DNA of 23,854 nucleotides from assembly GCF_006345805.1 (NCBI RefSeq), contig NW_021836694.1, positions 1 through 23,854 on the forward strand. The letters run 5' to 3'. The position numbers and the translations under genes were made by a program. Shown here piece by piece: positions 1-11,001 of the stretch; the stretch's first letter is position 1, and the number at the start of each line of letters is the position of its first letter. Source of the DNA: Octopus sinensis (lineage: Eukaryota). The notes below the pieces were generated by a model, which ran no database searches, was not told the DNA's origin, and was given only the letters and a program-made list of their open reading frames with translations.

Positions 1-265
1 TATACATGATATGGTATGGGTATATTTTAATGTATATATGTATACTCATGAATATGTACATATGTATTTATATGTATGCATATATGTGTATATATACATA
101 TATGTATGTATGTAATATAGATATATGTATATAGATATAAAAATACATACATATATATATGTATGTATGTATGTATGTATATATATATATATATATATAT
201 ATTATGTATGTATGTATGTATGTATATATATATGTATGTATATATATATATATATATATATGCAT
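1..265. repeat. Compound (TA)n/(TATG)n microsatellite
   Basis: Runs of TA and TATG are directly visible; the overlapping YI-rich ORFs are artefacts. Confidence 0.95.
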
Positions 266-547
266 ATGTGTGAAATGGAACGAGATAAATGGAAATATAC
301 TTCGAAATACAAACTGAAACAGCTGTAAATGTTCTTGAAGTACAATTAACCTATGACCTTTTAATACCTATGATCACCTAATTGCTAATTGTTGCTCCAT
401 TTCTTTTCTTATCTGTATGTATCCATATACACACACACACATATATATATATATACACACAGATGTAATTACATGTATTTATACACACTCACACACATAT
501 ATGGATATGTACATACGTATGTGTGTGTGTGTGTGGGTATATATTGT

Positions 548-623
548 TTCTGTGTTTGGCTCCTCCACCCTTATCGCTTGACAGCTGATATTGGTGTGTC
601 TACATTGCTGTGGCTTAGTGGTT
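548..623 (+). mobile_element. SINE fragment, same family as 7941-8140
   Basis: ccttatcgcttgacagctgatattggtgtgtctac...cttagtggtt resembles the reverse complement of 8065-8135. Confidence 0.55.
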
Positions 624-625
624 AG

Positions 626-776
626 GTGCGGGAGCCAGTCAGGCAGTACTGGTCACGACTGCACTTGAACGGTACTTTTTATGTGCCATCAGCATGGGAC
701 AAGTTATCTGGCACTTCCATCAGCCACGCTACGCTCGAATGGTGCTTTTCACATGGCACTGGCAATGACCATGCTC
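626..776 (-). mobile_element. Degenerate ~60-bp subunit array of the SINE family at 1051-1435 and 19492-19922
   Basis: gccagtcaggcagtactgg and cgctcgaatggtgctttt also occur in the 19675-19910 array. Confidence 0.7.
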
Positions 777-1050
777 ATATATATATATATGTAGATATGT
801 ATGTATATATATATATATATGTAGATATGTATGTATATATATATATATGTAGAGATGTATGTATATATATATATATGTAGATATGTATGTATATATATAT
901 ATATATATATGTAGAAATGTATGTATATATATATATATATGTAGATATGTATATATATATATATATATGTAGATATGTATGTATATATATGTAGATATGT
1001 ATGTATATATATAGATATGTATGTATATATATAGATATGTATGTATATAT
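777..1050. repeat. Compound mini/microsatellite of GTAGATATGTAT(GT)(AT)n units
   Basis: Repeated gtagatatgtat anchors separated by variable TA runs. Confidence 0.9.
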
Positions 1051-1435
1051 GCCAGCCTCGCCTGGCCCCCGTGCTGGTGACACGTAAAAGCACCATCCGT
1101 TTCGTGGCCGTTTGCCAGCTCTGTCTGGCCCCCATGTTGGTGGCTCGTAAAAGCACCATCCGTTCGTGTCCGTTGCCAGCCTCGCCTGGCCCCCGTGCCG
1201 GTGACCCTTAAAACACCATCTGTTCGTGGCCGTTTGCCAGCTCTGTCTGGCACCTGTGCGGGTGGCACGTAAAAAGCACCCATTACACTCATGCAGTGGT
1301 TGGCGTTAGGAAGGGCATCCAGCCGTAGAAACACTGCCAGATCTGACTGGGCCTGATGAAACCTTCCAGCTTCACAGACCCCAGTTGAACCGTCCAACCC
1401 ATGCTAGCATGGAGAACGGACGCTAAATGATGATG
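1051..1435 (+). mobile_element. Octopus-type SINE with four ~61-bp tandem subunits (A-B-A-B), conserved core and (ATG)n tail
   Basis: Subunits start at 1051, 1114, 1175 and 1236; core gtggttggcgttaggaagggcatccagc; 3' end gtccaacccatgctagcatgg...aaatgatgatgat; homologous copies at 9617 and 19492. Confidence 0.85.
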
Positions 1436-1497
1436 ATATATATGTAGATATGTATGTATATATATATATACATGTATTTGTACTTATATATACATGC

Positions 1498-1532
<35 letters not shown>

Positions 1533-1641
1533 AAATACGCTGCTTTATTTTGAGATTGCTAATGTTAACAATACTCACAAATAAAATACAGACTGGAGTT
1601 GTGTTACTTCAAGTGAGCTATATTCCGCTTAATAATCTGAA

Positions 1642-2469
1642 TGGAGGCAATGCAAGCGGAAACTAGAGGAACATAATTAATAACCACACTGAAAATCAAA
1701 TATATGCAAACATTCTTCTTCATTTATAAAATGGATATAAATATTCCAAATGTATAAATATTAAAATACATATAAATAGATAAATATCACTATGATGCAT
1801 AAAACACAGTGAATTTTAGATTTAATAGTTATAATACATTGGTGTAATAAAAATTTGAGATGATAAAACATTAAAAGGATGTACTAAAATACCACAAAAA
1901 TATTACAAAAATTAAAAAATTCTATTTATTGGCCGTTTCAGAGACGTGCCAAGTAATATGATAAATTTCATATTTTTAAAACTGACACTCCCCTCATGAG
2001 GATGTTTTAACACAGTACAGAATAAACAAATACAGAAATACAATTATACAATTACATACCAGCCACTCAAAGAAAAGCATATTGTATAATCTATTTCTGT
2101 ATATGTTTTTTTCTGTACTGTGTTAAAACATCCTGATCATTGGAGTGTCAGTTTTAAAAATATGAAATTTATCATATTACTTGGCACTTCTCTGAAACGG
2201 CCCGTAGATGGAATTTTTAAATTTTAGTACGTTCTTTTAATGTTTTATCATCTCAAATTTTTATTATACCAGTGTATTATAACTTTTAAATCTAAAATTC
2301 ACCGTGTTTTATGTATCATAGTGATATTTATTTATTTATATGTACTTTAATATTTATATATTTGGGATTTTTATATCCGTTTTATAAATGTAGAAGAATA
2401 TATGTATATATTTGATTTTGCATGTGGTTATTAATTATGTTCCTCTTGTTTCCACTTGCATTGCCTCCA
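1642..2469. mobile_element. Foldback element with long inverted arms, probably derived from a Penelope-like element
   Basis: Arm 1642-2052 is the reverse complement of arm 2081-2469 (tggaggcaatgcaagcggaaac / gtttccacttgcattgcctcca) with a 28-nt spacer; contains a hammerhead-like motif. Confidence 0.8.
2129..2210 (+). ncRNA. Degenerate type I hammerhead-ribozyme-like motif
   Basis: CATC-CTGATCA-[long hairpin GGAGTGTCA/TGGCACTTC and AATATGA/TCATATT]-GAAA-CGGCCCG-TA-GATG; stem I is CATC/GATG; core G8 is changed to C. Confidence 0.5.
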
Positions 2470-2471
2470 CA

Positions 2472-2535
<64 letters not shown>

Positions 2536-2606
2536 TGTGTGTGGTGTGGTGTGTTATATATATATATGTGTGTACATATATGTATATATATGTGTGTGTG
2601 TGTGTG
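2470..2606. repeat. (TA)n/(GT)n microsatellite
   Basis: Directly visible. Confidence 0.95.
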
Positions 2607-2619
2607 TTAATAGTATGTA

Positions 2620-3074
2620 CACAGTGTCCGAAAAGTCATTGATGTGTTTCAATTTTCAACTTCCTTAACGTTAGAAACAGATGCTTGAAATTTTAGTATA
2701 GTATAAAGGGCATAATGTCAAATTTTGTAACACCACTTCACATATGAAAAATGACATCGCTTAAATGGCAGGCCCTTTCAGCATCACATGCCTGTGCAGT
2801 TTCCAAAACTTATACATTATCACTTTCTAGTGTTTCAGACCTCCAGTTCTCTGATTTCTCTATTGACGTTCTCCTTCAGTTGTGCCAGGGCTTCCGGTTT
2901 GTTGATGTATACTCTGTCTTTCAGGTATCCCCAGAAGAAAAAATCTGGACTAATGAAATATGGGAAACATGAAGGCTTGTTGATATTGTTGTAGCAGGAG
3001 ATTATTCTCTCTTCCAAAGCACTGCCATAGTGACTGCATTCTCTCTCTCCAAAGCACTTCCATAGCAACTGCAT
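2620..3074 (-). mobile_element. Tc1/mariner-superfamily transposase 3' remnant with putative terminal repeat
   Basis: Minus-strand peptide PDFFFWGYLKDRVYINKPEALAQLKENVNREI, then frameshifted CHLSDVIFHM*; TA followed by CACAGTGTCCGAAAAG at 2618 resembles a TIR. Confidence 0.75.
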
Positions 3075-3089
3075 TGTTTCTCTTGCAGT

Positions 3090-3175
3090 ATGAGCAGTTG
3101 CCTCATCTTGCAGGAAACGTGTGAGGTCTACTTTGAATGGCTTTCATGTTCCCCTGACTTGACTAGCCTGGATAC
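3090..3175 (+). mobile_element. Small Tc1/mariner transposase fragment
   Basis: EWLSCSPDLTSLD resembles the WPxxSPDLxPxD catalytic motif. Confidence 0.5.
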
Positions 3176-3280
3176 ACACACACACACACATACATGCATA
3201 TGTCTATGTGTCTTTGTGCCTGTTTGTCTCCTGACACCATTTCATAACCACTCTGGGTGTGTTCATGTTCCCATTACTTA

Positions 3281-3318
<38 letters not shown>

Positions 3319-3322
3319 TATA

Positions 3323-4520
3323 TGAGGTGGTATCAAAGAATGGCTCGACTAGTTATGTTTCAGAAAATATAACTTATTTACTGAACTTTTAACATCATCT
3401 CCTTTAAAATACCTTGCGCAGAATACACTGGTTTGAGTCTTCCTGTCACTTTTGAAACCTTTCATGGTAGTTGTTTTCCATATGGGAGTCGAGGACGCTC
3501 TGCGATTCACTCTTGCTCTTGACAACAGTGTTAAAATAGCGACCTTTGAACTCTATTTTCATCTTCAGGAAGAGCTGGAAGGCTGTAGGTGCTAAGCCTT
3601 GTGAATAGGATGGATGTGGAAGCAACACCTTGTTGCTTTTGGTGAGAAATCCATGAATGGGGAGAGCTTGGTGACAGGCTGCTTTATCGTCATGAAGAAT
3701 CCAATTCCTTGTGCACTACAGATCTGGTTACTTTTGCTTGATGTCTTTCCTCAAACACTTAAACGTTGCAGTAGAACTCTGGATTGATGATTTGGTTCTG
3801 GGGGATAAATTCTTGATGCACAATACCCCAGATATTGATAAAAATGGTCTTGATAGAGCTGCGACTCTGTTGTGCCTTCTTCAGTCATGAAAATGAAGGG
3901 CTTTACATTGTAACAACTGCTGCTTCATCTCAGTGTTGTACCTGTATACCCAACTCTTGTTACTAGTAATGATCCTCAATATAAAGGATGGGGCATCAGA
4001 GGCCTGATGGAGATCTTGACAGACTTTGTCATGATGTTCTTTCTGCTTGGTGTTTAGCAGGCGAGGGGCAAACTTGGCAGAGACATGTGGCATGTTCAAT
4101 TCAGATGTTAGGATTGCCTGCATGGAGCGATGTGACAGACTAACAACATCAACAGTGTTGTTGAATGTTCTTTTACAATCCTCATGCACAAACTGATGAA
4201 TTTTCTCCACATTTCTTGGGATGATGCTCGTGGCAGTTCTTTCAGATCATACATCCGCTTCCATTGATGTTCTGCTTTTGAAGTGCCCATGCCACTAGAA
4301 ACAGTGTGCGATTCATTGCCATACGCTTGCCAAAGCATGCTCAATGTCTCTGTAGCAGACTTCCTAAGTTTAATCCTATGCATTACAAAATCAAAGACTA
4401 CAGCATACATGTGATCACAAATTTCACAACTTGTGAAGTAAACACACCGATGTCACTTGGCACACTGCTTCATGAAGGTCATTGCTTGCTCTCACTATGC
4501 AAGGAACCATGTGCTGCCAT
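3323..4520 (-). mobile_element. Near full-length degenerate mariner element (transposase pseudogene)
   Basis: Minus-strand peptides KLRKSATETLSMLWQAYG (N-terminus), HVSAKFAPRLL (WVPHEL-like), IITSNKSWVYRY (first Asp motif) and HPSYSQGLAP (YSPDLAP); TA plus TGAGGTGGTATCAAA end at 3321; the other end is unclear. Confidence 0.9.
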
Positions 4521-5169
4521 GTCTTGAGAACTGTTTCTGAGAGCTTGGGTGGTGATAGCTGAGAATGATCCACCCAGCAACCTTATTGCTGTGGCCCTGA
4601 AAATCAGTGGATTTGTCAGATCCGTGGTGCAAATAGAGCAGAAAGTGAATTTATCTGCTCCTATGCATTCGTTTGGATACCAATTTTAAAAATGTTTTAT
4701 CCTCAAGTGAAAACCTGACACAGAGAACAGTTCCAATGTTGAAACCTCATGTGGAATGTTCAATAAGGAAGGCAACAGCAAAGCAACCATCAATGAAGAT
4801 GAAAAGTTCATGTAGATGAAGAAATTGAAAAAAGAAGGAAAATGGAATCTAAGAAAAGCAGTTGCAACACCACCTTTCTAAATAGTGGAAAAGGTAAAGG
4901 AATCAACCAGAACCTGATAAAATAGAGTTCAAAGTCAAATAGGAAATAGCAAAAGAAATGAAATCCTACATGAAGTACGTACCATCTGTAAATTTCATCT
5001 GAAAGGTGTGTGCTAGCAAGGAGAGATGTGGACAAACTGCTGTTTTGCACATTGGAAATTCAGGTCAAATGGAACCCATAGCAAAAAGCTCTCTTTACTT
5101 AACCAACAGATAAGATAAAAACATGCCCAGTGGGACTCATATCCCAATACAGCCTGCAGTGAAGACCAC

Positions 5170-7260
5170 TAAAAACAGCAACAGCAAGCTCAAAATTGCT
5201 TATGTGAGGGATCTTTCTGTATGCAGACAAGCAATGTGCATTGCACTTAATGGAAACACATCTGTCTGCAGATGTAAATAATGCAGAGATACACATACCA
5301 ATGTATGCTGTATTCTGTGCAGACAGAAGAGAAAGAAGTCTCAGTTGAGTTGCTTTGTATATCTGTGAAGATGTCACACGACTAATTCTGTTATCACATT
5401 CAAACTCTGTGACACATTAATAGTGCATTTAAAGCACATGTGGTAATATGCATAATATATTGCCCACCCAGTGTCTCAAATCATAAAGATAAATTTGGGG
5501 AAAGCCTTATAATGATAAAAGAAGTACTAACAAAACTAGATCAATGTGTTAATGTACTTCTGATGGGTGACTTTAACTTCCCCAACATCAGAAGCCTAGA
5601 AGGTGAATAATCTCGGGAATGGCCTGCAAAGAGCGCAATCAAGCAGAATCTCTGCTTGATCTCATGAAAATGCTGCTCATGGAGCAAACCATAATCTCCC
5701 CAACCAGAAATGATAACATATTAGACTTGTTTCACTAACAAAGTTGAACTTATCCACAATGTGAAGTTATCATTGACAATCTTCTTAGACTACAAGATAA
5801 AACTGACAGTGTATGGCCCCAAACTAATTAATGATGTATTTCATACAGATGGCACCCAAACCCTATTCAGTTTGAATTTCTACAAGGCTAACTGAAGGTC
5901 AATTGAAAATCAGATACTCTAGCAAAATTGGCTTAAAGTCTCTCTGCAAGATATTGATATGAAACTTAAAGAATTCATGTCAATAATGTAAGTCATAGGC
6001 ATTAAATTTGTCTCAGAAGGGAGCAACTGCATACAAAAACATCATTTTTGAGACAAGAGAGTCTTTATAAGATGGAGAATAAATATTTCTGATCACTTAA
6101 ATAAACCACTAAATGACAGCGAGAAATCCCTCCTCAAGGAGACACTTTTAGAGATTAAAAATAAACACAAATCTCTTATAAAAAGGAAAAGGTAGAATGA
6201 GAAACAAGGACAGTGAAAAATATAAAAATGAATTCCAAAGCCTTCTACAAATTTGTGAAAGAATCTGCCTCTTTGCACTTGAAGAAGATGGCTTGCTAAC
6301 TGCAGTCTCCAGGAGCATTAGTGAAGTGCTAAGTAAACAATTCCAAAGTATCTTGACCTCTCCACTGGGAAAAATGCAAATAAGCAAGCCTGATGAGATT
6401 TTCAACTCTTAGAGCTACATGGGAGAGAGGCAGCCATTAATTACATTGACATAAAAAAAGAAAGAGGTAATATCAGCCATTGATGAGATGAACTCAAACT
6501 GGCCTTTCTGAGTATTCTGTCAAAGACCTGCAAGAAAGCTCTCATAAAACCACTGCAGATACTTTTTCAGAGTTTCCTTGCATGTGGTAAACTTCTTAAA
6601 TAAAGGAGGAAGCAGAACAGATGCTAAAAATTACAGGTCTACATCTCTGACTTCATGTTATCAAGGTCCTGGAACACATTGTCAGAGGGAGGCTGATCAT
6701 GTTTCTGGAACAAAATAACTTGCTCCCAAACACACGACATAACTTCCACCCGGAGAGGAGCTGCCTCACATAGCTATTACAACATTATGACTGGATTCTG
6801 AACTGGCAGCTCAACACTCAAATGTGGATGTGCTATATATTGACTTTGCCAAACCCTTTGACGAAGTTGATCATGGGATATGTCATAAACTATGTGACCT
6901 TGGTATGACTGGAAAACTGGGAGAGTAACTGACTTTAAGGCAGAAGTCTGACAGTTGCAGCTAATGATGCTCTCATTGACGAGGCATCAGTTTGCAGTGG
7001 AGTCTCTTAAGAAACTGTACTGGGACCACTACTATTGGTGGTGACTCATTCAGACATGCTGTTGGTCATAAAGTTAGCCACTTGAACCAGCTGTGCTGGT
7101 GTTCAAGGACCCTAATGACATACTAAAGCTGCAAAATGACCTGCATGCAATATGGGCCTATGTAAATAACATGCATTTCAATGCTGAGAAGTTTCGAGTA
7201 TTCCGTGTAAGATATGCAGTGATATACTTTATAGAAGCTCCTGGGAAGCTTAACTTCCAG
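5170..7260 (+). mobile_element. Decayed CR1/L2/jockey-group LINE ORF2 (APE endonuclease and reverse transcriptase)
   Basis: Interrupted peptides LMETHLSAD...DRRER, LLMGDFNFPNI, PTRNDNILDL, NYRSTSLTS, VLYIDFAKPFDEVDHG, SGV..TVLGPLL and LQNDLHAIWAYVNNMHFNAEKF; many stops and frameshifts. Confidence 0.9.
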
Positions 7261-7399
7261 TTTTGGAATGAATTGAAAGCTATACCAACCACTAAACTGG
7301 ACTGCAATAATCCTGTCTCATCTGTCTCAAATAAGGACTCAGTACTGTAACTGCTTGGGTTTCAAGGGTCCGCAACTGAATCAACCACAAAGATTTGTG

Positions 7400-7630
7400 A
7401 GGTGTAGAATGTAAGAAAAGGCCTTCAGTAGCTTCAAGATGAATGCAGAACTGAAATCTCTGGAGATACAAGGTGTCAAGGTGCAATCCATCAAAATGTT
7501 CAGAGATGCAAGTTCTGGATGCACCAGTAAACGTTCTAATTGTTGGAAAGGACATCAAAAAGGAGATACCATCCCTCCTGAGCTCCTCACTGTTTGCCTA
7601 GAAATGATCATCAGTGACATTGACTGAACA
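7400..7630 (+). mobile_element. RTE-clade LINE reverse transcriptase fragment
   Basis: NAELKSLEIQGV...KGHQKGDTIPPELLTVCLEMII resembles the RTE motif xGVRQGDTISPKLFTxxLE. Confidence 0.65.
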
Positions 7631-7940
7631 GGTGGTGTGTACATTGTTTAGCTACTAACACACTTTCAATTTGCAAGGTTCTCAGACAACTGGTAGACCT
7701 GTAGAGTTGCTGAATGCAATCCAAGAGATCTGAAAAGGTTACTCTGGAGGCCTCCACAACAATGAGAAGATGATTTAGTTAAGCATTTTGGGACAAGATG
7801 GAAAGGAGTGATGCAGTCAAAAGAGAATTAGAGGTGCATTGTATCCACCTAATAGTATACAAACATAATATATGTATATCTGTATGTATATATATATATA
7901 TATATATATATTTGTGTGCATGTACTATTTTTTCTTAATC

Positions 7941-8140
7941 TTTTACTTGTTTTAGCCTTTAGACTGCGGCCATACTGGAGCACTGCCTTGCAGAATTTTA
8001 GTTGAATGAATCAACCACAGTACTTATTATTTTTAAAGCCTAGTATTCATTCTATTGGTCTCTTGCCAAGCTGCTAAGTTACAGGAGCATAAACACAGCA
8101 ACACCAATTGTCAAGGTGGTGATGGTGGACAGACACACAC
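7941..8140 (-). mobile_element. Octopus-type SINE (3' portion)
   Basis: ttttacttgttt...gactgcggccatactggagc...tctattggtctcttgccaagctgctaagttac is reverse-complement-similar to 18395-18485. Confidence 0.8.
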
Positions 8141-9010
8141 ATGTAGTCATGCTCAAAAAGTATCCAACACTATTTTTTCCCACCGAAACTAATATCACAT
8201 GGGCAAAGTCTTTTGGGTGAGAGGTGATACCACCCTTTCTGTGCCCTGCATGAAAATTTTTGCCCTAGCTGACCGCATCAGTTCCTGGCTATTATGCCTA
8301 TAGTGTAGGCGTGTGGTGTGCATTTGTTGGATTTTCAATTTCATGCAAGATGACCAAATGCATTGAGCAGAGATCACAAACCCATGTTATCACCACTGAT
8401 GATTGTCTTCATGAGGTCTGGGTCATGGTTTGCTCAGTTCATGTTCTGAGCGATGTCTGTGCTGAGTTGCTTCTGCTGCTCCATCAGTACTTTGGAGACA
8501 AATTTTGCTGGCACTCTATCCTTCACTAAAATGGAATGTACTGATTTTATATTTATTCCCCCTTCATGAGCAATTTCCTGGATTGTTACACAATGGTCTT
8601 CCATGACTATTTGCCAAACTTCAATTGGCTTGTAGATGACCTGCCTCTAATGAAGTGTGGCTGTATTTGAAGCTGTTGTATTACTCCTTGAACTGAGTTT
8701 TACTCATGGCGTCATTACTAAAGGCCTACTGAATCCTATGCATTGTTTGAGCTTGAGTATCAATAAGATTTTGGCAAAACTTAATACAATATTTCTGCTT
8801 GATGCATTCATTGAAAAGAAAAATTCAACAAGCATACACTACATGTCTGCTGGGACTGATATACACCAGGGACTGACATCGCTTACCAGCATGTAAATTT
8901 TTACACATGCACTGGAAGGGTGGTATCACATCCCATCCTAAGGACTTTGCCCAAGTGGCATAAGTTTTAGTGGGAAAAAATAAAGTTGGATAAGTTTTGA
9001 GTGCACCTCA
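8141..9010 (-). mobile_element. Internally deleted mariner element with long (~95 bp) TIRs
   Basis: 8151-8237 is an inverted match to 8916-9000; minus-strand remnants KYCIKFCQNL, RVPAKFVSKVL and LMKTIISGDN. Confidence 0.85.
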
Positions 9011-9195
9011 CATATATATATATATATATATATACAGATATCATTGATAGATTTTGTTATTATCTCTGACCTCTTTTATTCTGTGCTGAATTTTTATGTA
9101 AAGTGAGAACCAGAGTGTAACACCAGGTGGCAAAAGAATCCTTTGGTTTGACCAGGAAGTTAAAAAAAAGTCTTTGCACAGGAGATTACTAAGAC

Positions 9196-9512
9196 ATGGA
9201 AAATTGCAGCAGAGACATTCACAAATGTTGTGAAAGTGGTGTCATAATTGGTGGGTATAGCATCAATTGGCTGACATATGCATATGACATGATGCTATAT
9301 GGCTGATCTTCAGCATGCACTGAAACGGTGTGCTACTGAGTGCTCAGAAGACTGAGGCATTGAGCCTCTCAAGAAAGTCTTCCCAGTACACTTTACATTT
9401 TTGTGGAACATCTCTGAGATAAGTGGAGAAGCTGTGATCTCAATTGATGGAAGACAGGAGGCTGAGTTGGATGTTAAAATTGCAGGTGCTGGCACAGTAA
9501 TGTGCCAGGTCC
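9196..9512 (+). mobile_element. RTE-clade (Rex3/Expander-like) reverse transcriptase remnant
   Basis: GVIIGGYSINWLTYAYDMML (LLFADDVVL-like), ADLQHALKRCATECS, KTEALSLSRK and DGRQEAELDVKIAGAGTVM. Confidence 0.7.
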
Positions 9513-9616
9513 AATAGGGGAGTGCTTAGTTAAAAAGCCAAACTTGCTCTCTTGAATTCATTTTTCATGCCTATCCTCACTTATGGCCATGAATGTTGAG
9601 TAATGGCTACACACAT

Positions 9617-9762
9617 ATTACACTCTGAGTGGTTGGCATTTGGAAGGGCATCCAGCTGTAGAAACCATGCCAAACCAGACTAGAGTCTCGTACAACCCTT
9701 CAGCTTATCAGCTCGGGTCAAATAGTCCAACTCATGCACAACAGACATTAAATGATGATGAT
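9617..9762 (+). mobile_element. SINE core and tail, same family as 1281-1435
   Basis: ttacactctgagtggttggcatttggaagggcatccagc...gtccaactcatgc...aaatgatgatgat. Confidence 0.8.
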
Positions 9763-9905
9763 ATTTGTATGTAGGTATGAATATGTGTGAGTATAAATGT
9801 TTTGCAATTTACTTGATGCACGTCATTATGTTTCATGGGGAAAATCCTCAGAAGAGAGAAAACAATTGAATTTGGAGAAATGCAGGCCAAAGACAAGAAT
9901 GAGCC

Positions 9906-9978
9906 TCTCAGTTTCCGTTTATGAAATCCACTGACAAAGCTTTTGTCAGAGTGGTGCTATAAAGACACTTGCTCCAGG
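9906..9978 (-). mobile_element. SINE fragment, same family as 18244-18390
   Basis: cagtttccgtttatgaaatccactgacaaagc...aagacacttgc aligns with the reverse complement of 18320-18390. Confidence 0.7.
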
Positions 9979-10204
9979 TTGTGTGTGTATATGCATATAT
10001 TTCACATCATGTATAGATTGTGTGTGTGTGTATATACATACACACACACACATGCATACATATACGTACATGCACCGCTTCCTTTTGGCTCTTTGTTTTT
10101 ACTTTTTTTTTGCCAAGTATGCACGTGCATGTGAGGACCAAGCTGATCTACTTGTGATTAAATAAGCAAACATTTGAACTTGTGCTCTTTGGAAAAAAAA
10201 AATG

Positions 10205-10290
10205 TACCCAACAGCCATTTTCTCTCCCTTCAGGGGAACTTCTCACAGCATCCAGTATCAGGGACTTAGGAGTAATCTTGGCTCGAGTGC
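10205..10290 (+). mobile_element. Short LINE reverse transcriptase fragment
   Basis: FSLPSGELLTASSIRDLGVIL matches the conserved xRDLGV motif of CR1/L2-like ORF2. Confidence 0.55.
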
Positions 10291-10376
10291 TCATATCAAT
10301 AAGTTGTGTATATGTTATATGTGTGTGGAAGTATATATATATATTAATCACAAATCTCTTTCATTCTGTCTTTCTG

Positions 10377-10446
<70 letters not shown>

Positions 10447-10587
10447 TAATATATGGGACCCATGTATCAGGGACTTAGGAGTAATCTTGGCTCGAGTGCT
10501 CATATCAATAAGTTGTGTATATGTTATATGTGTGTGGAAGTATATATATATATATTAATCACAAATCTCTTTCATTCTGTCTTTCTG

Positions 10588-10625
<38 letters not shown>

Positions 10626-10654
10626 AATAAATAAATATAATATATGGGACCCAT
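10255..10654. repeat. Direct tandem duplication, ~200-bp unit
   Basis: 10255-10463 and 10464-10654 are identical except for microsatellite lengths. Confidence 0.95.
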
Positions 10655-10968
10655 GAAAAACAAACCTCCACCAAATATGCCTATATATCTGTGCTCGTCT
10701 TTCAATGCCGTGTATGCCATAAGCTCTGCGAATCTAATGGAAGCCTCACAAGAAATTTTAAGATCAACAAAGATCAACTGCACCTCTTGGTGGTCCAAAT
10801 CAGATTTGCAATCTATGTGGGTATCTTTTCGGTACATTGTCTGGTTAAAAAAGACGCATCAAATGCCTTGATGGATCTCAGGTGTGGGTACTAGAGGTGA
10901 TCAAACTCTGCATAAGGAGTAGACATCCACCATATGTGTGTGTGTGTGTGCGTATGTATGTATGCATG

Positions 10969-11001
<33 letters not shown>

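Noticed and set aside
1051-1290. CRISPR-like array of ~61-bp hairpin-containing units
   Set aside because: There are no unique spacers, the units are contiguous parts of a dispersed SINE, the context is eukaryotic and no cas genes are present
1353-1362. CTGATGA at 1353 (also near 4194, 6392 and 23154) as hammerhead cores
   Set aside because: No stem II, GAAA, stem III and UH arrangement follows
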